A DNA stretch of 64,000 nucleotides from Bacillota bacterium (lineage in GTDB: Bacteria; Bacillota; SHA-98; UBA4971): the NCBI GenBank assembly GCA_030024085.1, contig JASEJE010000010.1, positions 24,132-88,131 on the forward strand. The letters are read 5' to 3'. The notes under the pieces are model-generated. The model had not been told where the DNA came from, ran no database searches, and worked only from the letters and a program-made list of their open reading frames with translations. The first letter of the stretch is position 1; each line of letters opens with the position of its first letter. Shown one piece after another: positions 50,071 to 59,437 of the stretch. The position numbers were made by a program, and so were the translations under genes.

Positions 50071-50409
50071 GTGGCACGAGGCGCGGGCAGAAGGAATCGT
50101 CCGGTTGTCCCCAACGCCCTCGCGGGGCTCGACAGGTTCAAGTACGAGATAGCCAATGAGCTGAACCTGCCCAGCAACATCATCAACTCAGGTTACTGGG
50201 GTAGTCTGCCCTCTGCTCAGTGCGGGGCTGTTGGCGGACACATGGTGCGCAGGATGATCGAGGCCGCCGAGCGGTCCCTCGTGGAGGGCACCGCGGCAAA
50301 CGTGAAGGCTGGGTTCCAGACCGGGCTCGCTCAGGCCACCGGCCAGCAGTTCACTCAGCCTGGATATGGCGCCGGCCAGACGCAGACCGGCTACAACCAG
50401 CCCATGTAA
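50071..50409 (+). CDS. Alpha/beta-type SASP with Gln/Gly/Thr-rich tail
   Basis: LDRFKYEIANEL...WGSLPSAQCGAVGGHMVRRMIEAAE. Close paralog of 43127..43486. Confidence 0.92.
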   Translation: MARGAGRRNRPVVPNALAGLDRFKYEIANELNLPSNIINSGYWGSLPSAQCGAVGGHMVRRMIEAAERSLVEGTAANVKAGFQTGLAQATGQQFTQPGYGAGQTQTGYNQPM

Positions 50410-50438
50410 GCCAAAGGTGTAGTGTTGGTATTCACAGA

Positions 50439-50464
50439 GCCCCTCCCTCACGGAGGGGCGTTTT
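50439..50464 (+). terminator. Intrinsic terminator
   Basis: GCCCCTCC-CTCAC-GGAGGGGC followed by GTTTT. Confidence 0.7.
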
Positions 50465-50470
50465 CATTGT

Positions 50471-50536
50471 CGTGCAAGCACCGGCAACCCCAACACCGTC
50501 AGGAAAAGTGCCGCAAACTTATGGCGCCATACTTGG
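50471..50536 (-). mobile_element. Partial MITE-like element (type-1 left end)
   Basis: Reverse complement reads CCAAGTATGGCGCCATAAGTTTGCGGCACTTTTCCTGACGGTGTTGGGGTTGCCGGTGCTTGCACG. Confidence 0.75.
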
Positions 50537-50735
50537 ACCTTGAAGATGTGGCCGGGGATCGGCGTGCCTTTATGGTACGGCATGCCAGCGACCCGCCGTC
50601 GCGTGGCCGCAGGATAGGGTAAGTCGCGCGCTCGTGGGGAATACTGAGACTTGCTGTGAGTCTGCCAGCACGGCGCAGGCACACGGTTCAAAAGTGGGGC
50701 TGCACGCGGCCCTGTGGGAAGGAAGGTGAGCATGC

Positions 50736-50930
50736 ATGAAGAAAGATGACAAGCGAGAGTGCCCGAGGATGCCCGACAATACCGAGGAGAGCATCAAGTG
50801 CAAGCAGTGTGGGAACATGTTCGCGGTGGGCGGCGCGTCGACGGAAGAGATGGTGTCGTGCCCTGTCTGCGGGGCGTCCATGAGCGTGGCCGACTCGGTC
50901 CGCACGAGGGCCTCAAACGAGGACTACTGA
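50736..50930 (+). CDS. Small zinc-ribbon protein
   Basis: CKQCG...CPVCG; AAGGTGA RBS. Confidence 0.6.
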   Translation: MKKDDKRECPRMPDNTEESIKCKQCGNMFAVGGASTEEMVSCPVCGASMSVADSVRTRASNEDY

Positions 50931-50985
50931 GAGGGCGCGCACACGCCAGGTCGACACCACCTGCATCGACAGGAGGTCGAGAGCT

Positions 50986-51390
50986 GTGGGGAAGCGCATT
51001 CTCGTAGTGGGCGGTGTGGCAGGAGGGGCAGGCGCAGCGGTTAAGGCCCGAAGGACGTCCGAGGACGCGGAAATAGTCGTCTTCGAGCGCACGCCTTACG
51101 TCTCGTGGGCCAACTGCGGCCTGCCCTATTACATGGGGGGCGTCATCCAAAGACGCGAGGAGTTATTCGTGGTAAGCCCGCGAAGGCTTGCGGCGAGGTT
51201 CAACGTGGACGTGCGGACTCGCCATGAGGTCACGGCCATTGACAGGTCGCGCAAGGCCGTATCCGTCCGGAACCTCGACACCCGCGATACCAGCGACGAG
51301 CGCCGGTGTTGCGCCCCTCTATCTCAGACGGCAACCTCACCGGCGCCGGCGACTCTATCCTGCGCGAGGGCTGAGAACAGCCTGAGGTAG
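50986..51390 (+). pseudogene. Truncated CoA-disulfide reductase / NADH oxidase (N-terminal ~105 aa only)
   Basis: ILVVGGVAGG, VFER..YVSWANCGLPY, VRTRHEVTAID. Homology stops near 51300, and the frame then reads into the antisense 3' end of treT. Confidence 0.8.
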
Positions 51391-52601
51391 TCCGCGAGGT
51401 GCCGCGTGGAGAGGAAGCGCCGCCTCACGTGCTCTTTCCCGGCGAGCCCCATCTGCCGGGCCTTTTCCGGATTGCTGAGAAGGTAGAGGATCTTCTCTGC
51501 GCACTCCTCCACGGACTTCACGAGGAACCCTGACTTGCCCTCTTCGACCTGCAGAGGAATTCCGCCGACGTCGCCCGCGACCACCGGCCTGCCTTTCCAG
51601 AGCCCCTCCGACACGGTGAGTCCGAAGCCTTCGCGGATGGACTTCTGCACCACGACGTCGGCCGCGGTCTGGAAGGCGTTCACGTCCGCGTTTCCGACGC
51701 CGTTCAGGTTCGAGAGAATGTGTACGTCCGGATCTCCTGCCGCATGCTCCGCCGACATCCGGTAGTACGCGATCCCCTCGGGGTCGTCAGCGGCCATGGA
51801 CCCGATTAGGGCAAGCTGCACGCCGGGGATCTCGCGCTTCACCATGCGGTAAGCATCGACGACCCCGAGCGGGTCCTTCCATGGATCGAACCTGGACACC
51901 TGCACCAAGAGAGGCCGCGAGGGATCCACGCCATAGCCGGCCACGATCTCCCTTGCCGTTCCCACCGGCATCCCCACGTTCTTCGGGCTCAAGGGGTCGA
52001 TGGACGGCGGGATCATGGCAAGGCGCGGCACGCGGAGGCCCTCCTTGGCGTACGCCGACATCGTGAATATCGCCGCGTCGTAGCGCTCCACGAAAGGCCT
52101 CACGAGATCCCAGGCCTCCTCGGCAGGGCTCGAGAGGTCGATGTGGCACCGCCAGATCCATTTCGTCTTTGACCCGAACCTCTCCCGGAGGTGGCTTGCG
52201 AGCGGGGCGGGCTGGGGGTCGTGGACCACCACGAAGTCCGGGGTTCCCGAGAAGTGGGCGGCCTCATGTTCGTTCGTGGCGAGGTATCTGTCGAGTCCTG
52301 TTGTGAGATCCTGGCCCGCCATGCCCTGGAGCGCGTTGTGAAGCGCCTTCGTGAAATCGAAGAACGCCGGCGGAGCCTCGATCACCGTCCACGTGGCTGC
52401 GAGGCCGACGTCCTTCATCAAGGGGACGAGCGTATAGAGGATCTCGGACACCCCTCCGCCATAGGCGGTGGAGTTGATGTGGAGGACCTCTGCGCCCCTG
52501 AAGGGGGCCGCGAGCGCTCTTATCTCCTCGATCGTGTGATCTCCCGCGACTCTCCCGTAATCATTGAGTGATCTTGCTGTGGTCTTGATCGTCTTTGCCA
52601 T
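51324..52601 (-). CDS. treT: Trehalose synthase TreT-like GT4 glycosyltransferase
   Basis: HINSTAYGGGVSEIL, TKALHNALQG, VHDPQP, WRCHIDLS, PPSIDPLSPKN, QVSRFDPWKDP, QKS.REGFGLTVSE. Confidence 0.9.
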   Translation of the reverse strand: MAKTIKTTARSLNDYGRVAGDHTIEEIRALAAPFRGAEVLHINSTAYGGGVSEILYTLVPLMKDVGLAATWTVIEAPPAFFDFTKALHNALQGMAGQDLTTGLDRYLATNEHEAAHFSGTPDFVVVHDPQPAPLASHLRERFGSKTKWIWRCHIDLSSPAEEAWDLVRPFVERYDAAIFTMSAYAKEGLRVPRLAMIPPSIDPLSPKNVGMPVGTAREIVAGYGVDPSRPLLVQVSRFDPWKDPLGVVDAYRMVKREIPGVQLALIGSMAADDPEGIAYYRMSAEHAAGDPDVHILSNLNGVGNADVNAFQTAADVVVQKSIREGFGLTVSEGLWKGRPVVAGDVGGIPLQVEEGKSGFLVKSVEECAEKILYLLSNPEKARQMGLAGKEHVRRRFLSTRHLADYLRLFSALAQDRVAGAGEVAV

Positions 52602-52725
52602 TCTCCATCGTCTCCGTATCCTTTCACATTTTCCGGGCGAGCCCGGCGTCACCGCTCATCTGCCTGCGGCCGACGGCGCCGGTTGCAGCCCGAAGGCGTC
52701 GGTTAGAGGCCGGCCGCGCGGCGCA

Positions 52726-53559
52726 CTACTTGGATACCCATCCGACCATTCCCCTGACGTAGTAGCGCTGCAGGAAAGCGAACACGAGGATCGGGGCGAG
52801 CATCACGATTATGGTCCCTGCGGTCAGGACGCCCCAGTCGATGTGGTACATCCCCCGCAGGAGCGGGATACGCTGGGTGGCAAGGAGCTTCTCAGGCGAG
52901 TAGATGAGGATGAGCGCCAGGAAGAAGTCGTTCCAGACCCACATGAACTGCAGCACCGCTGACGATACCAGAGCAGGGATGCACATCGGGAGCACTATCT
53001 GGAAGAAAACGCGGAGGTCCGACGCCCCATCGACCCGTGCTGCCTCCTCCACTTCGATGGGGAGCGTGGAGAGGAAGTTCCTCATGAAGAAAAGGATCCA
53101 CGGAATTCCCCAGGCGGAGTGGACGAGCACGAGTCCAAGAGGCGTGTCGACGAGGCCCAGGTTCTTCATGATCCGGAATATGGGGACCGCGATCATCTGT
53201 TGCGGGACCGTCATCAGCATCACAATGGTGAGGAAGAGGTAAGTCCTCATGGTGAACCTGAACCTGGCGAACCCATACGCTGCGATGGCCGCGACAAGTA
53301 GCGGCACGACCGTGCCTGGGACCGCAATCTTCAGCGAGTTCACTACTCCCTGGGAAAGCGGGGCGGCCGGGTGGTTCCACGCGCCGGCGAAGTTGCGCAG
53401 GGTGGGGGTGAACGATTCAAACCTCCACCAGCCGTGGATGATCTCGCCAAGCGGCCTTATGGACGCCATGAAGATGCCGAGGAACGGGACGATCCATATG
53501 AGCCCGATGATCCATGCGGTTGTGTCTCTTGATAGCGACGTCAGGACTCTCCTCTGCAT
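52726..53559 (-). CDS. Carbohydrate ABC permease
   Basis: EEAARVDGAS, F.WVWNDF. Confidence 0.92.
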   Translation of the reverse strand: MQRRVLTSLSRDTTAWIIGLIWIVPFLGIFMASIRPLGEIIHGWWRFESFTPTLRNFAGAWNHPAAPLSQGVVNSLKIAVPGTVVPLLVAAIAAYGFARFRFTMRTYLFLTIVMLMTVPQQMIAVPIFRIMKNLGLVDTPLGLVLVHSAWGIPWILFFMRNFLSTLPIEVEEAARVDGASDLRVFFQIVLPMCIPALVSSAVLQFMWVWNDFFLALILIYSPEKLLATQRIPLLRGMYHIDWGVLTAGTIIVMLAPILVFAFLQRYYVRGMVGWVSK

Positions 53560-53567
53560 CTCGCGCC

Positions 53568-54443
53568 TCACCTCGCTTCCCGTGCAGACCTTATCATCAT
53601 TGGGGCTGCCACAAGGGTCGTCAACGCCATGAGCACGCACGCGACAACCGCGGCGTTATTCGCGTTGAACTCGCGGAATGCATAGAAGTACATCTGGAGT
53701 GCGAGCACGTTGGATGCGCCGCCAGGCCCCCCCATGGTGGCGGCGTACACCACGTCGAATATCTTCAGATCCCACAGGAAGGTCATGGTCACGACGACCT
53801 CGGTGATCGGCTTGAGCAGGGGGAAGGTTATATTGAAGAACATGGAAAGGGGCGATGCCCCATCTATCATCGCCGCTTCATACACTTCTGAGGGGATGGT
53901 CTCCAGCCCTGCGGAGTACAGCACCATGCCGAAGGGGACCCACAGCCACAAAGAGCCAAGGATGAGCGAGAGAAGGGCGGTCTCCGGATATGCTGTGAGC
54001 GTGTGGGGAGTCCCGCCGAAGAGCCGGACGATGCTGGGCACTATACCTATGCTCCCGTCAAACATGAAGCGCAGTATGATACCGCCGACGATCATGGGAG
54101 TGACCATGCCGAGGAAAACTGTAGACTTGATTATCGATCCACCCCTGACGCGTCTCAAGGCGACCGCCAGGGCGAGGCCCAGGAGCACCGTCAGTGGAAG
54201 GTGAATGACGAGCCACATGAAGTTGTGGATGAGCGCGCCGTACGGAAACCCTCTCTCGAAACCCCTCGGGTCCACCATCTCAGGCTGGCTGAGGACCTTC
54301 GCGTAGTTGTCGAGAGCAACGAAATCGCCCTTCGGCGAGAGGAAGCTTAGCCACACGGTGTTCACCACAGGGTAGATCACGAAGGCGGCCAGTAACACCA
54401 GGGCCGGCACAAAGAAAAGCGGTCGAAAAAACCTTTCTTTCAT
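53568..54443 (-). CDS. Carbohydrate ABC permease
   Basis: YSAGL..IP..VYEAAMIDGAS, LKIFD.VY. Confidence 0.92.
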   Translation of the reverse strand: MKERFFRPLFFVPALVLLAAFVIYPVVNTVWLSFLSPKGDFVALDNYAKVLSQPEMVDPRGFERGFPYGALIHNFMWLVIHLPLTVLLGLALAVALRRVRGGSIIKSTVFLGMVTPMIVGGIILRFMFDGSIGIVPSIVRLFGGTPHTLTAYPETALLSLILGSLWLWVPFGMVLYSAGLETIPSEVYEAAMIDGASPLSMFFNITFPLLKPITEVVVTMTFLWDLKIFDVVYAATMGGPGGASNVLALQMYFYAFREFNANNAAVVACVLMALTTLVAAPMMIRSAREAR

Positions 54444-54594
54444 GGTCGGAGCTCCTCTCCTCGCCCGCGGCGGATAAGGCAATCCTCCCTGCTGCCGGGC
54501 CGGCCGGGTCCAGCAGCAGGCGCGGGCGCGGCCGGGCGAAAGGCCGCGCCCGCATCGCCTGCTACATGGTCCGAGTGCGGGTAACTCGCTATGG

Positions 54595-55782
54595 TTACGG
54601 CGCCTTCTTTTCCAGTGTCTCGAGGACCTCGCCGTACCTGTCGGGCTTCACCCAGAGGAGCTTTAGCTGATCCCAGAAGGCAGCCTGGAACTCTCCACCG
54701 ATGGTGTCGTCCATGTCGGCGAGAGCCACGCGGCCAGTAAGAAGCTCCGCCACGCCCCTGTCAACAGGCGGATAGGCATCCAGTGGGACCTTCGTGTATG
54801 TGGCTATGTGTCCGCCCTTCGTCACCTGGACCTCCTGCCCCTTGGTGGCGAGGAACTGGATGAGCTTCTTCGCTTCCTCGGGGTGCTTGGTGTACGCCGG
54901 CACGAAGGCGTAGTCGGCGCCGAAGACTATGCCCCGCGCTCCAGGCAGCGAGAACACGCCGAGGTCGCTCGGGTCCTTCACCATTCCCGTTATCCAGCTT
55001 CCCATGAAATAGAGGCCGTAGTCGCCCTGCCACCACAGCTCCAGAGCCTGGGTCCACTCGACGGGCTCGCCGAAGCGCTTGGCCTTGAGGAGCGGCACGA
55101 GCCTGCCCTCGAAGATTCCCTTGACTACCGGGTCGGTCCATGCGATGGTGCCGGCGGTCAGCTCCTTGTGCAGCTGCGGGCCGCCGAACGTCGCGATGAA
55201 GTGCTCAGTCACGTCGGAGAGCGGCCAGCCAACGCCGTTACCGCTCGCGATGGGAGCCTTGATGCCGGGGATCTTCGCTATCTTGTCGAGAAGCGCGGTG
55301 AACTCATCCCAGGTGGTGGGCGGAGTCAGGCCGTGCTTCTGGAAGAAAGACTTCCGGTACCAGAAGCCGGGCTTCACCTTGCCCGTGTACGCTATGCCGT
55401 AGAGCTTGCCTCGTACCTTGAGGCCGTCGAGCGAGCCTGGCAGGTAGTCGCTGTCCTTGATGAGACCTGTGAGATCCATCGCGTGTCCGGCCTCGCCCTG
55501 CTTGGCGACGAACCATGACCACATGAAGATGACGTCGCCGGGCGCGGTCTTCGCGGAGAACTGTGCCGGCAACTGGGCCGAGAGGTCTTCAGCACGGTAG
55601 ATGCGGTAGTCGACCTTTATCCCCGTCTCCTTCTCGAATGCCTGAAGGACCGGCACGAATGCCTCCATCTCCGCTCCGGACCACGGACCTATGCACGTCA
55701 GGGTCTTCGCGTCAGCAGCAAGTGCCGCGCACGTGGCTACGAGAAACAGCGCGCACGCCACGAGCAGAATCCTCTTAAACAC
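54595..55782 (-). CDS. Carbohydrate (alpha-glucoside/glucose-type) ABC substrate-binding protein
   Basis: Signal peptide; GPWSGAE...F, P.TWDEF, GWPLSD..E, FMGSWI. Confidence 0.88.
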   Translation of the reverse strand: MFKRILLVACALFLVATCAALAADAKTLTCIGPWSGAEMEAFVPVLQAFEKETGIKVDYRIYRAEDLSAQLPAQFSAKTAPGDVIFMWSWFVAKQGEAGHAMDLTGLIKDSDYLPGSLDGLKVRGKLYGIAYTGKVKPGFWYRKSFFQKHGLTPPTTWDEFTALLDKIAKIPGIKAPIASGNGVGWPLSDVTEHFIATFGGPQLHKELTAGTIAWTDPVVKGIFEGRLVPLLKAKRFGEPVEWTQALELWWQGDYGLYFMGSWITGMVKDPSDLGVFSLPGARGIVFGADYAFVPAYTKHPEEAKKLIQFLATKGQEVQVTKGGHIATYTKVPLDAYPPVDRGVAELLTGRVALADMDDTIGGEFQAAFWDQLKLLWVKPDRYGEVLETLEKKAP

Positions 55783-55848
55783 GGTTTTTCGCCCTCCCTT
55801 TTCGTTGTAAAATGTCGCAAGTCTCCCCGACCATCAACTCCGGCTCGC

Positions 55849-56041
55849 CTAAGTGTGGGTTCAGAAATCACCGCCACTTTTCCAGGGTTGCCGGTACTGC
55901 CCTCCGGGGACGGCGCGTGCGGTGAGATGCGTTCGAATTTGGCGCTTAAGGCTAGCCAGATTCTCGACGCCCCGCCCTAGCAAGCACCGGCAACCCGGAG
56001 TCTTCTCCCGAACCGGCATGGATTTTTGAACTCACACTTAG
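55849..56041 (-). mobile_element. MITE-like element, type-2 termini (193 bp)
   Basis: TIR CTAAGTGTGGGTTCAGAAATC ... GATTTTTGAACTCACACTTAG (21 bp, 2 mismatches). The core closely matches the reverse complement of 58705-58820. Confidence 0.8.
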
Positions 56042-56221
56042 CTCCATCGGGCACATGGTACACGCAGTTTCTCCCGCTGTCACCTCCCCGGCCGGAAGCC
56101 ATCCGGCGCTTCCGTGCTCTCTGAGTCTCCCCACACCCAAAGCCGTGGGGTGGGGCCTCCGGCCTCGTCGATCCCGGCACCCTGCCGCCTCCCCCGGGCT
56201 CTCGCCGTCCCTTGCGATGGG

Positions 56222-56414
56222 CCAGGCGAGAGTTGGGAAACCGCCGCCACTTTTCCAGGGGTTGCCGGTATTGCACTCGGGAGACGGCGCGCCTGCGGCG
56301 CGCCTCGTTGCCTTTGGCATTCAGGTCTGCCAAATCGAGAGCGTCCCGTTGTGCAAGCAGCGACAACCTGGAAGACTCCCCCAAAGAGGCATGGATTTGT
56401 GAAGTCACACCTGG
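56222..56414 (-). mobile_element. Second type-2 MITE-like copy (193 bp)
   Basis: CCAGG...CCGCCACTTTTCCAGGGGTTGCCGGTATTGC...GGCATGGATTTGTGAAGTCACACCTGG; same length and layout as 55849-56041. Confidence 0.72.
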
Positions 56415-56681
56415 GCCATCCCGGGTCCTGGCGGCATTCGTTTCCGGTTGCAGCCGAGTCGCTCTAGCCCCAGTGGGGCAGCTACAAGGCCCTTGTGACT
56501 TATTGACGCCCGATGCCGCCTGCAGGAGCGGCTCCGTAGCCCCCGACCTCAAGGCTGGCGTATCGGGCCAGTGCCCCGGGACCGACCTTGCCCCAGCTCT
56601 GAACGGCGGGGCCCACGGCGGCTACACTCCGGTCAAGAAGGTCGGCTCACAAACTACTCCCCCAGGCCCCTGCTGGAGGCG

Positions 56682-56818
56682 TGCAAGCGGTTGCACGAAA
56701 CCTGCCAATGCACGGCGCCGTAATATAGAACGATGTCAACGGGCTCGCCAACCATGGTGATGCAACCGGTTGCACTATGTGCGTTATGATAATTCGCCGT
56801 GCGGTCCCTGAATCCTGC
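56682..56818 (-). promoter_or_regulatory. sigH-like promoter plus two LacI-type operators for the ABC-treT operon
   Basis: Minus strand GCAGGATTC-N12-GCGAATTA (56818-56790). Palindromes TGCAACCGGTTGCA (56761-56774) and TGCAAGCGGTTGCA (56682-56695). Confidence 0.6.
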
Positions 56819-56876
56819 CTTGCGGGGGAGATCCGTGAGTGGTTTTTTTCATGCGTGTGCTCGCACCTGTCTCTGA

Positions 56877-58127
56877 CTACCAGACGATCTTCAGCAGCCA
56901 GAATACGGTGCCGCGGTCCCAGCCGAGGTCCCACGGCACGTGATAGCGGTCGGCGGTGTGGGAGTTGACTACCACGTAGCCGTGGGAGTCGGTGCCGGTT
57001 ACCACTGCCATGTGCTCAATGCGTCCGCGTTCCTCATAGGCTATGACATCGCCTGGGTGGAGGGCGCCGATGGGACCGTACGGGAGCTTTTCCGATGGTG
57101 AGACCACATCGGGGTATGTGCCGCGGGCGACCCTGACGGCACGGCCGCTGTTGATAAGGAATCCGGCGAGCGCCTCGGCCTGAGCCCAGGCGCGGCTTGC
57201 CCCTGCCCCGGAGCCTCTGAAGGTGTAACGCCAGGTCCAGTCCATGGGAAGGCGTCCGGCCTCCGGGTCGCCGAGCACCTGGGACACGAAGTTACTGCAG
57301 TCCCCGCCGAGGCCCGTGAAGTCCTTGTACATGGGGTTATACTCGCGGTTGTTCCCACAGCCCCAGGCGGACCCGCAGTATTCGTCGGCGTACGCCACCG
57401 CTCGATCCCTGTCGTAGCGGGGCGTTGAGGGGAGACCCGGGGGGCCTGTGCTCTCCGGCTCTCCGGGTGATGCACTGACGCCTGCCTGAACGGTCAGGCC
57501 CTGGAGTTTGCTGTCTTGCCCGTCCCTGTGGACCACCGTTGCAGGGAGGATTCCGTCTGACACGATGGCCGGCCTCACGTTGCCTACGACAGAGTCCTCG
57601 TCAAGGGGGTCGGTGTACCAGTCGCGCCTTATGACCCACGCGCCGTCCCGCCGCACGAGTTCCGTGAAATGGCGGGTGCCGATGCCGAAGCGGTCGGGCG
57701 GGGCCGTCGGATCGGCGTCGTAGATGTATGCATACTCGGCGCTCTGCCTGAGCCTGAGCCATGCCGCGTCCCCCTTGACCTCCGCGGAGTCCACGCTGAT
57801 CTCCACTGTCGTGCCGACAAACCGCACCGCCCGGGCTCGGCTCCAGGCCTCAACATACCTGATCCGCCGCTGCTCGCGGTCGAAAGCCCAGCGCCCGTAC
57901 CTGGACTCCAGGTCGTAATGGGACGCCAGGGCCTCGGCGTCGCCCTGGATGACCGACTGGGCGCGGTCGGAGAAGATCATATTGAGCCTCGTTATGAGTT
58001 CCCTGTCCAGTACTATGGAAGGGCTGCCGACGGTCTGGACCAGCATGGACGCGGCCACAGATGCGCATGCCGCGAACGCGAGAAGACACACCATAAACCT
58101 CCTGCGGCTCAGGACATACAGCCTCAT
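56877..58127 (-). CDS. Putative amidase domain (Amidase_6 / YhbB-like) protein, membrane-anchored
   Basis: N-terminal TM segment; YDRDRAVAYA..Y, YNP.Y.DF...GGDCSNFVSQ, GDVIAY, HMAVV, VNSHTADRYHVPW. Confidence 0.85.
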   Translation of the reverse strand: MRLYVLSRRRFMVCLLAFAACASVAASMLVQTVGSPSIVLDRELITRLNMIFSDRAQSVIQGDAEALASHYDLESRYGRWAFDREQRRIRYVEAWSRARAVRFVGTTVEISVDSAEVKGDAAWLRLRQSAEYAYIYDADPTAPPDRFGIGTRHFTELVRRDGAWVIRRDWYTDPLDEDSVVGNVRPAIVSDGILPATVVHRDGQDSKLQGLTVQAGVSASPGEPESTGPPGLPSTPRYDRDRAVAYADEYCGSAWGCGNNREYNPMYKDFTGLGGDCSNFVSQVLGDPEAGRLPMDWTWRYTFRGSGAGASRAWAQAEALAGFLINSGRAVRVARGTYPDVVSPSEKLPYGPIGALHPGDVIAYEERGRIEHMAVVTGTDSHGYVVVNSHTADRYHVPWDLGWDRGTVFWLLKIVW

Positions 58128-58229
58128 GCGCCACACCCTTCTTCCCGGCAAGGCCCATCGTTTCGCTCTCTCCCTGATGTATATGCCCCACGGACTGCGA
58201 ATAAGAGATTGACGGGGGACGGAAGTGAC

Positions 58230-58661
58230 ATGTGGACTGTGCTCGTGGCGCTATTCGGCGCGTTGTGCTGGGGGATAGCGCCGATATTCGGGAAGATCGG
58301 CCTTGCACGGGTGGACCCTCTTGCCGGGCTGTGTCTGCGCACCCTCATTGCCTCCGGCATAGTCACAGGCTGGCTCCTCGTCAGCGGGGAACTGCGGGCG
58401 ATGGAAACGGTGTCAAGCAGGGCATGGCTCTTCATCGCCCTCGAGGCCATCCTGGCGACGCTCGTGGGGGACCTTGCTTATTACGCGGCGCTGAAGTGTG
58501 GAGGGGCAGCGCAGGTCACACTCGTGATGTCCACCGCCCCCCTTTTCACGCTGATAATAGCTGTGGTGTATCTTCGTGAGGTCACCACGTGGGCGCAGGT
58601 GATCGGCGCCGTGCTCATCGTGTGTGGGCTATTCCTTGTGAGCCTCGGCCCGCAGGTCTAG
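58230..58661 (+). CDS. EamA/DMT-family small transporter
   Basis: ALCWGIAPIFGKIGL..VDP, YYAALK.G....V, APLFT, IGAVLIV.G. Confidence 0.88.
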   Translation: MWTVLVALFGALCWGIAPIFGKIGLARVDPLAGLCLRTLIASGIVTGWLLVSGELRAMETVSSRAWLFIALEAILATLVGDLAYYAALKCGGAAQVTLVMSTAPLFTLIIAVVYLREVTTWAQVIGAVLIVCGLFLVSLGPQV

Positions 58662-58870
58662 GTGTGGCGCCATAAGTTTGCGACACTTTTTCTGACGGCG
58701 TTGGGGTTGCCGGTGCTTGCTAGGGCGGGGCGTCTAGAATCTGGCTAGCCTTAAGCGCCAAATTCGAACGAGGCGCGCCGCAAGCGCGCCGTCCCCGGAG
58801 GGCAACACCGGCAACGCTGGAGAGGACTTGCGCGCTGAAAAGTAGCGCGAATTTGTGGCGATCTACTTAG
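58658..58870 (+). mobile_element. MITE-like element, type-1 termini
   Basis: CTAGGTGTGGCGCCATAAGTTTGCGACACTTTT ... AAAAGTAGCGCGAATTTGTGGCGATCTACTTAG (imperfect ~30-bp TIR). Begins at the EamA stop codon. Confidence 0.8.
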
Positions 58871-58923
58871 TACTGCTCTGCCACATATGGAGCGCATGGT
58901 AGTGCCGTCACTTGAGCTGACGG

Positions 58924-59361
58924 GTGACATACGTCACGGGTCCCTCCGGAACCGTTCCCCACGTCACGCCGGAGAACCGTCGCGTGATGTACATCACCGG
59001 TCCGGTGCTTACCCGTTCCGTGCGTCACACATGCAAGGGGAAGGATGACGCACGTCACTCGTCAGGCTCTTCTCGTTCCATACGTCACGCATCCGCGGCC
59101 GATCGGTGACGTACATCATCGTTGCCGCCTCACCCGTTCCCTGCGTCACGGGTTCTCCATGAATCGTTCCATACGTCACTCGTCGAAGCGGGACGGGTGA
59201 CGTACATCACGGGTTCCTCCTGAGCCGTTCCCTACGTCATCATTGAGAGCCATCCAGTGATGTACATCACCGGTCCCGGCCTTACCCGTTCCCTGCATCA
59301 CGCATCGAAACTGACTGCTGACGTACATCACTCTTTCTGCGGTACCCGTTCCGTACATCAC
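58924..59361. repeat. Phased array of 15 motifs (A: GTGAYRYACRTCAC near-palindrome; B: YCGTTCCNYRCRTCAC) separated by variable 14-17 bp spacers
   Basis: Motif ends at 58937, 58967, 58997, 59028, 59058, 59088, 59119, 59149, 59179, 59210, 59240, 59270, 59301, 59331, 59361. Confidence 0.92.
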
Positions 59362-59437
59362 GGGTTTCCTGTGTTGCGCGGCCGGCTTGAGCGCGGCGGT
59401 GGGGGTCGAACGCGTGATCAGCGCAGGGCTATCGCGA

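Noticed and set aside
58924-59361. CRISPR array
   Set aside because: Repeats (14-16 bp) and spacers (14-17 bp) are too short, two motif types alternate, spacers are related to each other by duplication, and no cas genes are present.
58924-59361. TIGR-Tas guide array, parS or matS sites
   Set aside because: No Nop-domain gene is nearby and the unit geometry differs from the 36-nt TIGR unit. The motif does not match parS (TGTTNCACGTGAAACA) and is one base longer than matS (GTGACRNYGTCAC).
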